Origin: Acidimicrobiales bacterium
GTDB lineage: Bacteria; Actinomycetota; Acidimicrobiia; Acidimicrobiales; GCA-2861595
Assembly (NCBI GenBank): GCA_035540975.1
Contig: DATLFN010000005.1
Span: 9,599 to 73,598 of the forward strand
Length of the DNA stretch: 64,000 nucleotides
Reading direction: 5' to 3'
The translations under genes were made by a program, and so were the position numbers. Below the pieces are notes generated by a model, which was not told where the DNA came from, searched no databases, and saw only the letters and a program-made list of their open reading frames with translations. Shown piece by piece: positions 57,348 to 64,000 of the stretch (its first letter is position 1; each line of letters opens with the position of its first letter).

Positions 57348-59927
57348 CTACGGCGCCGGCGGCGGCGGGACGGCGCACCCGGTGGACGCCGTGTAACCGG
57401 AGCCGTCGACGACCACGGCGGGGGCGCCGCTCGGGTTGCGGGTGTTCAGCTTGGTGGTGACGACCCAGCTCTCGACGTGGAGCGGGTTGTTGCCGTTGCT
57501 GGTGGCGGGGAAGTCCGCCAGCAGGAACGCCGAGTCGTCGGACTTCTCCAGCCGGTAGTCGGCGCCGGCCGTCGCCGTCGACCGGTTGCCGGCCAGGTCG
57601 AGGCACATCCACGACTCGGCGTCGGACGGGGGCGGCGGCACGAGGATGTCGTCCGACGTCGGCGCGGTGAACACCGTCCTGGCGTCGATGCCGACGGCGG
57701 CGCCCGAGCTCGGGGCGACGGTGTTGCCCACGACGGCGGCGTCGAGCCGGGCCACGCCGCCCAGCGCCTTGTCGGTGTCGGCCTCCACGACGATGCCGCG
57801 CTCGCCCACCGACCCGCCGATCGTGTTGGCCTGGATGCGGACGCTCCCCGTGCTGTCGACGTCGCCGGCGCCGAGCGCCCGTACCCTGATGCCGTTGCCG
57901 GCCGGGTTCTCCACCCGCAGGTCGCGCGCCGTCCCCGTGAACGTCCCGCCGAACCGGGAGGCGACGCTGACGCCGTCACCGCCCGTACCGGATACGGCGG
58001 GGCCCGCCGCCCCGCCGCCCACCACGGTGAAGTCGACGGCCGACCGGCGCAGCGCCGAGCCGCCCGACGATTCGAGGTGGACGCCGTGGCGGGAGCCGCC
58101 CGAGCGGGTGAGGCCGGAGACGGCGACGTCGGCGTGGGACAGGCCCCCGGCCGCCACGTGCACACCGTCGCGCCCCCCGCTCAGCCGGTCGTCGGTCGAC
58201 TCGAGGGAGCCGGCCGCCTCGCCGGCGAGCGCCATGGCGATGCCGGCGGCGGGGGCGGTGGTGAGGGCGACGACGTTGCGGACGGACGTGAGCTCGATCG
58301 TCCCGCCCAGGGCCGTGGCGGCGATGGCGTCGCCCGGGCGGCTCTGGTCGACGACCGGCGTGTTCGGCGGCTCGGGGACGTCGGCCCGCCCGAAGCTGCA
58401 CGGGCGCGTCTGCTCCACCCGGTTGCCGTCGACCACGACGGCAGCGTCGCTGTCCGCCCCCTGCGCCCGTCCCAGGATCCCGTGCCCGAGCGAGTCGACG
58501 ACGGTGTTCTTGCGGATGGCGGCCCTCGCCGTGCTCGGCGTGCCGCCCGAGGCGAGGGCGACCGCCTCGATGCCCACGGGCAGCGTCGTGGCGGCGAGCG
58601 GCGCGCACTCCGTCTGGCCGGCCGGGACCGCGCAGCTGTCGTCGAGCCCCGTGCCGCAGCCGGCCCGGCGGACCTGGTTCTGCTGGATGGTGACGTCGAC
58701 CGTCCCCCCGTCGGCAGCGGCGACGATGCCGCTCCCGTTCGGGTCGTCGATCAGGTTGTTCTCGACGGTGCCCGTCACGAGGCCGCCGGCCGTCGCCCGC
58801 AGCAGCACGCCGCTCGCCATCCGGAAGCTGCCGCGGCCCGGGCGGAGGATCTGCCCACCGCGGTCGGGCGTGTTGTCGATCATGGCCACCGTGGCGACCG
58901 AGCCCGCTCCGTCGGCGAGGACGTCGACGGCGTTCTGCTGGGCGAACAGGGCGGTGAGCTTGGTGAGGTGGAGGTCGAGCACGCCTCCGTCGCGGGCGGA
59001 GCCGGCCACGGCCTGCACCCCCTCGGTGAAGGTGTTGCCGCCGTTCAGGTCGAGCGCGCTGCCGACGAGAACCCGGAGCCGGCCGGCGCCCGAAGCCTCG
59101 GCGACCAGGCTGCGGGTCGTGTCCAGCTCGCTGCGGTTCCCGGCCAGGGTGAGCACGTCGGCCACGCCGGGCGCCGGCGCCGTGGCGTTGCGCACCCACA
59201 GGTTGCCGGCGCCCCGCGACCCGCGGACCGTGGTGGTGGCGATCCGGGAGGCGCCGTGCGCCTCCGCCAGCGCGACGCCGCTTCCCAGGCTGCGCTGCAC
59301 GGTCGCGCCGGTGATGGACAGCCGGTTCACCCGCTCGGCGTGGATGCCGTCAGCGCCGGCGTCGTCGACGGAGAGCCGCTCGAGGGCGACGTCGTCGGCG
59401 TCGAGCACGACCACGCCGTGGGCGTCGCTGGCGTTGACGCGGAGCAGGGCGATGGTCGACCTGGCGCCGCTCTCGATCCGGACGCCGGCCACGGTGGGGT
59501 TGGCGACGACGCCGCCGCTGTCGGGCGTCCCCGTGCCGGTGAGCCGGAGCCCTCCGGCCGTCCCGGTGCGCACGAGCGAGACGCCGTACGGGGCGCCCGA
59601 GGCGGAGATGCTCCGGAAGGTGAGACCGGCGGGCGTGAGGGCCACGTCGTGGACGTCGAGGGGGATCCCGGTGGTCGTGCGCAGCACGTTGGCGCTGCCG
59701 CTGACCTCGAGCGACGAGCTGTCGGTGGCCACAAACGCGGGCAGCGCCCCGGTGGAGAGGTCGAGGCCGCCGCTGAACACGACGGTCGAGCCGTCCCGGT
59801 TGTCCACCACGGCGACGCCGCCCGTGGTGCTCGAGACCGGGCCGGCCACCAGCACCGCGCCGGCGCCGCAGTCCGGCGAGGACACCTCGCACCGCACGTG
59901 GACGGCGCGGCCGCTGCCCTCGCTCAC
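57348..59927 (-). CDS. right-handed parallel beta-helix repeat region; probably the C-terminal part of the giant surface protein
   Basis: Repetitive Gly/Ala/Val/Thr-rich approximately 22-25-aa turns (e.g. GVRIESGARSTIALLRVNASDAHGVVVLDADDVALERLSV). There is no signal peptide of its own. The frame is open upstream of the GTG and directly continues the beta-helix region of the upstream ORF after a +1 shift. Confidence 0.7.
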   Translation of the reverse strand: MSEGSGRAVHVRCEVSSPDCGAGAVLVAGPVSSTTGGVAVVDNRDGSTVVFSGGLDLSTGALPAFVATDSSSLEVSGSANVLRTTTGIPLDVHDVALTPAGLTFRSISASGAPYGVSLVRTGTAGGLRLTGTGTPDSGGVVANPTVAGVRIESGARSTIALLRVNASDAHGVVVLDADDVALERLSVDDAGADGIHAERVNRLSITGATVQRSLGSGVALAEAHGASRIATTTVRGSRGAGNLWVRNATAPAPGVADVLTLAGNRSELDTTRSLVAEASGAGRLRVLVGSALDLNGGNTFTEGVQAVAGSARDGGVLDLHLTKLTALFAQQNAVDVLADGAGSVATVAMIDNTPDRGGQILRPGRGSFRMASGVLLRATAGGLVTGTVENNLIDDPNGSGIVAAADGGTVDVTIQQNQVRRAGCGTGLDDSCAVPAGQTECAPLAATTLPVGIEAVALASGGTPSTARAAIRKNTVVDSLGHGILGRAQGADSDAAVVVDGNRVEQTRPCSFGRADVPEPPNTPVVDQSRPGDAIAATALGGTIELTSVRNVVALTTAPAAGIAMALAGEAAGSLESTDDRLSGGRDGVHVAAGGLSHADVAVSGLTRSGGSRHGVHLESSGGSALRRSAVDFTVVGGGAAGPAVSGTGGDGVSVASRFGGTFTGTARDLRVENPAGNGIRVRALGAGDVDSTGSVRIQANTIGGSVGERGIVVEADTDKALGGVARLDAAVVGNTVAPSSGAAVGIDARTVFTAPTSDDILVPPPPSDAESWMCLDLAGNRSTATAGADYRLEKSDDSAFLLADFPATSNGNNPLHVESWVVTTKLNTRNPSGAPAVVVDGSGYTASTGCAVPPPPAP

Positions 59928-62900
59928 CGCCCGCCCGCACCACCAGCGACCCGTTGTCGGCGCCGCCTCGGACCTCGAGCCCCGTGCCGGCGGTTCGCGC
60001 GATCGTCCCGCCGTTCACGGCGACGGCCCCGCGGTTGTCGACGACCTCCAGGCCGGCGCCGGTGGCGTCGCTCACCGCCACCGACGACAGCGTCACCTGC
60101 GCGGTGTTGGCGAGGATGCGGACGCCGGCGGCGGCGGGCGACGCCACCGTCGTGGCGCCGGGCACGCTGAGCGCCCCGGCCACCCGGTCGAGGTGGACCC
60201 CGTCGGTGAGCGAGCCCGTCGAGTCGAGGACGGCGGCCGTGGCGGCGGGGGCCCCGGCGCCGGCCAGGCTCCCGTTCGCCAGGCTCAGGGCCGGTCCCCC
60301 GGCGCTGCTCAGCCGGCCGGCGGCCATGGTGAGGGTGCCGAACCCGTCGCCGTGGAGGGCGGGCCCGCCGGCGCCGGCCACGTCGACGCCGCGGACGTCG
60401 TTCCCGGTGGCCAGCTCGACGCCGCCGGCGGCGGTGGAGAAGGCGATGGTCGGCGCCGTCGGGGCGCGGGCGATCAGCAGCGTCCCGTCCACCACCAGGT
60501 CGGCGCCCTGGCCGACGAGGCGCTCGCCGTCCTCCAGGACGAGCGGCCCCTGATACGGCGTGGTGGTCGACGCGAGGTGGACCCAGTCGCACGACAGCGT
60601 GGGACCCGTCCCCGTGCACGGGCCGTCGGGGCCGCCCGAGGCGCCCGCCACCGGCGCCAGCGAGGAGAAGGGCGACCGCGAGGTGCCGGTCCCCGCCCCC
60701 GCCAGGCGGTTGTCGACGTACCACACCCGGTTGCGCACCGTGATCCGGACGGTGGCGGCCGGCGTGGTGTTCGTGCCGTCGGTCGCCGTGTACGTGAACG
60801 TGTCCGTCCCCACGAAGCCGGCCGGCGGGTCGTACACGAACCGCCCGTCGGGCTGCATCACGTACGAGCCGCCCTGCGACGTGGGCTGCGGGCCGTTCGG
60901 CGCCGGCACCACGACCGAGAGCGACCCAGACCCGTCGGGATCGCTGTCGTTGTCGAGCACCTTGGCCGCCGCCGTGCGGGCCGCCACCGTTCCGGTGGGG
61001 GCGGCGCCGCCCGCGGCCAGCTGGGTGTTCCCGATGGCCGCGTAGGCGTCGTCGGCCGACGCGCCCTGCTCGTTCACGTCGACGACCCGGACGGTGAGCG
61101 CGCCGGAGCCCGAGGCGCCCGCCTCGTCGGTGACGGTGAGCGTCAGGGCATAGGCCGGCGTGGTCTCGAAGTCCAGGTCGGGGCGGTTCAGGAGGAGCGT
61201 CCCGGCCGCGTCGACGTCGAAGAGGTCCGTCGGGTCGCCCGCCACGATGGCGAACGAGTGCGACTGGCCGGGGTCCGGGTCGGAGAAGGCGACCTGGCCG
61301 ATCACGTGCCCGGCGCCGCGGTCCTCGCGGACGGTGAGCTCCTGGGCGGGGACGGCCGGCGGGTGGTTGACCCCCTGGATCTGGACGGACGCCGTGGCCG
61401 TACCGGACTCGGCGCGGCCGTCGCTGGCGCGGTACGAGAAGGTGACGGTGGCCGCCTGCCCGGCGGGCAGGTCGTCGGCCGGCTCGTACACGAACGACCC
61501 GTCCGGGTCGAGCGTGAGCCGGCCCCGGGCCGGTGGCGAGACCAGCACGGCCGACAGCGGGTCGCCCTCGGCGTCGGTGTCGTTGCCCAGCACGCCGGGC
61601 GCGGGCACCGTCAGCCGCTGGCCGCTCGGGACGGAGTAGCCGGCGTCGGCCACGGCCACCGGGGCGTCGTTGCGGCCGGCGACGCGGACCACCACGTTGC
61701 CCTGCACGGAGCCCTCGGCGTTGGTGACGGTGTACGTGAACCCGTCCGTGCCCGTCGTCCCGGCCTGCAGGTGGTCGAACGGGTCCTGGTCGGCGGCCGC
61801 CTTGTCGCGCGCCCTCGGGTCGTAGGTGAGCAGCTGGCGGCTGTCCGGCCCCTGCACCGATCCGAGCGCCGGCCCGACGGCGGTGATGGCACCACCCCGG
61901 CGGGCGTCGTTGGCCAGGACGTCGACGGCGACGGCCGTGTCCTCGTCGGTCGTCACCTCGTCGTTCACCGCCACCGGCAGCCCGACGCCGACGACCGTGA
62001 CCGTCACCTGGCCCTCGGCCTCACCGCCCTGGGCGTCCACGGCCCGGTAGACGAACGTGGCCGTCGCCGACTGGCCCGTGTCGAGCCCGTCGAAGGCGAC
62101 CCGCGGGTCGAAGGCGAACGAGCCGTCGCCCGCCAGCGGCGCCGACAGCGTGCCGGCGGTGGGGCCGGACACCAGATGGGCGGCGAGCGCCTGGTTCTCG
62201 GCGTCGGTGTCGTTGGCCAGCACGCCCGGTGCCGCCACGGTGAGGACGGTGTTCTCGTCCGTCGTGTACTGGTCGCTCCGCACGACGGGCGCGTCGTTCA
62301 CGCCCTTGACGGTGACGGTGACGGTGGCGGTCGAGGATTCCGAGGTGCCGTCCCTGGTGAGGTAGGTGAACGTCACCGCCGACGACTGCCCACCGGCCAG
62401 CGACTGGAACGTGGCGCCGGGGTCGTAGCGGAGCGAGCCGTCGGAGTTGAGCGTCAGGGCGCCCTGCGCCGGCCCGGACACGAGCACGGCCGACAGCGGG
62501 TGCGTCTCGGCGTCGGTGTCGTTGGCCAGCACGCCGGCGCCCGCCGGGACCGTGAGGACCGAGTCCTCGGGCACGTCGTACGCGTCCGGGAGGGCGACGG
62601 GCACGTCGTTGCGGCCCCGGACCACGATGGTCGCCCGCGCCGGCGCCGAGCGCAGGGCCCCGTCGTCGGCCGCGTAGTCGAAGGGCACGTAGGCGACGGC
62701 GCCGTCGTCGAGGTGGTCGAACAGCGTGCGCGGGTCGTACCGGAACGAGCCGTCGGTGCGGAGGAGGAAGGTCCCGAGCGGGCTCGGGGGCGTCACGGCG
62801 TGCGCGGTCAGCGGCTGGCCCGTGAGGTCGAAGTCGTTGGCCAGCACGCCCCTCGGCGGCACCTCGAGCAGCTCGTCCTCGCTGGCGTGGAACGTGTCCG

Positions 62901-63342
62901 CCGCGGGGACGGGCGCCGCAGGCGTGACGTACGGCGTCTCCGCCTTCGGGTCGCACTGCCCGGGGTCGCTCACGTGGCGCAGGAGCCCCGTCGGGAGCAC
63001 GGCGCCGGCCTGCTTGTTGCGCGAGCACACGTAGATCGGACCGCTGTCGGGCACCGTCAGCAGCGACTCCCGGCTCGTGCACCCGTTCGACTTCGCCACC
63101 CAGCGGAGGGCGCCGGAGCGGTTGTCCGAGCACATGAGGAACGGGCGGTCCTGCGGCAGGCGATAGACGGTCGTGCGGCGGCCGCAGTCGCCCGCCGACG
63201 CCGCCTGGTACACGTTGCCCTGCGAGTCGACGCAGACGACGTTCAGCTCGGCCGGCGGCTCGTTGGCGCCGCCCACGTTGGCGAACGCGAGCCACAGACC
63301 GGCCAGCGCCGCACCGACCAGCAACCGATGTCGTGCCGTCAC
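59928..63342 (-). CDS. giant secreted repeat protein, N-terminal reading frame (signal peptide, Cys-pair repeats, tandem VLANDTD-type Ig/cadherin-like repeats, start of beta-helix)
   Basis: GGGGGA SD precedes GTG 63342, followed by signal peptide LLVGAALAGLWLAFANVGGA. At least 6 repeats carry the motif (P/A)GVL(A/G)NDTDAE..PL. One cadherin-like module ends ...VRVVDVNE. After about 59930 the frame turns into Arg-rich nonsense until the stop at 59350. Confidence 0.75.
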
Positions 63343-63692
63343 AGCATCGTCCCCCGACTCGCCCCGTGAGCGACGGGAACGGCCCCTCGCCCCTGCTCGG
63401 CCCGTTCGCGTCGTGCGCCGGAAACGTAGGTGGACGCGCGGTTCGATTCTTCGGTAGCCCGCTACTTAGTCGCGCCGCCGGACACGGTCTCGGTTGCTCA
63501 GTAGTGGACCGGAAACGGGCCGCGCGTCAGTGTCTGGCTCCTGCGACGGCCCCGGAAGGCCTCCGCCCGCGAGTGCCCGCCCACCCGAGATCGTCGCCGG
63601 TGCCGGTGCCGCTCACCTCACTGGCTCCGTCCCGTGGAGGTTCACCGGCCCGGGCGCACGCCGATCGGTACCGCGGGGACGCCCCGCTGTGT

Positions 63693-63726
63693 ATGCCATG
63701 ACTGTGGCATAGTTGTGCCATGGCAC
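63693..63726. promoter_or_regulatory. inverted repeats at the antitoxin start (candidate TA operator)
   Basis: ATGCCA-N6-TGGCAT lies at 63693-63710. The perfect 12-nt palindrome GTGCCATGGCAC at 63715-63726 contains the ATG. Confidence 0.45.
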
Positions 63727-63956
63727 GGGAGCGCATCAGTACGACCGTCGACGGCGACCTCCTCGCCGAAGCGCGAGCGGTTCGGGCCGGGCTCAACGAT
63801 GCGGCGCTGCTCGACGCCGCCCTTGCGGCGCTGGTCAGCAAGAGCCGGGCGGCCGAGATCGACGCTGCGTATGCCGCGTACGACGACCATCCGATGGATG
63901 AGCCCGACGAGTGGGGCGACCTCGCGTCGTTCCGAGAAGCTGCGGCGGCGTCGTGA
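63720..63956 (+). CDS. type II antitoxin (MazE/RHH-like)
   Basis: [20 protein letters not shown]... looks like an RHH N-terminus and is followed by an acidic C-terminus [12 protein letters not shown]. The stop overlaps the toxin start (GTGA). Confidence 0.7.
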   Translation: MARERISTTVDGDLLAEARAVRAGLNDAALLDAALAALVSKSRAAEIDAAYAAYDDHPMDEPDEWGDLASFREAAAAS

Positions 63957-64000
63957 CCGACGTTCCTCGGCGGGGAGAGGTCTGGTGGTGCGAGCTCCCC
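63953..64000 (+). CDS. MazF/PemK-family toxin, first 16 codons only (runs off window end)
   Basis: [16 protein letters not shown] matches the RGE/D-(V/I)-(W/Y)-W-x-(D/E)-L N-terminal pattern of MazF toxins. Confidence 0.6.
   Translation, partial: MTDVPRRGEVWWCELP

Noticed and set aside
59350-59925. The C-terminal ~190 aa of the 1330-aa ORF might be a real basic tail.
   Set aside because: The sequence is nearly pure Arg/Gly/Pro/His nonsense, and the overlapping +1 frame is a well-formed beta-helix protein. It is interpreted as post-frameshift read-through, not coding.
56622-63369. Very long plus-strand ORFs (1182 aa and 1927 aa) lie opposite the surface-protein operon.
   Set aside because: The translations are Arg/Pro/Ser-rich nonsense. 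The minus strand gives coherent signal peptides, repeat domains and SD-preceded starts.

Overview
This is a gene-dense, GC-rich actinobacterial chromosome segment. Third codon positions are almost always G/C, and most genes sit in minus-strand operons. No exact GC value was computed.

Core content, left to right:
- A rex-sirC-hemA-hemC-cobA haem operon, then proC, an M23 peptidase, an MFS transporter and mshA (mycothiol).
- An RsiG-like coiled-coil protein and the Ni-superoxide dismutase pair sodN/sodX.
- A maoC / MoaD-like / CdsA-like trio, an ABC1 kinase, a DksA-like protein and tRNA-Lys.
- egtB-egtC-egtD (ergothioneine), packed directly behind an orphan sdhC-sdhD pair and an esterase.
- Two metal-type ABC loci with a Fur-family regulator, and serS.
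- A large respiratory island: ctaA, ctaB, caa3-type ctaC-D-E-F, ctaG and two TlpA thioredoxins.
- clpS, a DegV protein, plsY and tRNA-Glu.

The respiratory island holds the most interesting object. It is a second haem-copper-oxidase subunit I paralogue that keeps all three haem-ligand histidines but has lost all three CuB histidines and both proton-channel residues. It is followed by a subunit-III-like protein and a 7-TM-anchored amicyanin-like cupredoxin.

Downstream of tRNA-Glu lies a roughly 4 kb, visibly less GC-rich islet. It contains 12-nt tandem repeats, an Orc/Arch-type AAA ATPase, decayed ORFs, an SPPY beta-class DNA methyltransferase fused to an Mrr-like domain, two tiny coupled ORFs and a degenerate copy of the tRNA 3' end.

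Next comes a roughly 10 kb minus-strand operon. It encodes a ~2000-aa surface protein (cadherin/tandem repeats plus a beta-helix region) split by a frameshift, two paralogous 4-Cys secreted proteins, another secreted protein and a DrrAB-like ABC exporter whose ATPase 5' end is damaged. The window ends in a mazEF-like pair.

mshA together with a cytochrome-c-fused CtaC suggests a deep-branching actinobacterium such as the Acidimicrobiia; this is inference only. Many long ORFs in the supplied track are GC-driven shadow frames with Arg/Pro/Gly-rich translations and were ignored. The track translates GTG/TTG starts as M and omits ORFs under about 60 aa, so starts were re-derived from the DNA and small ORFs were searched by eye.
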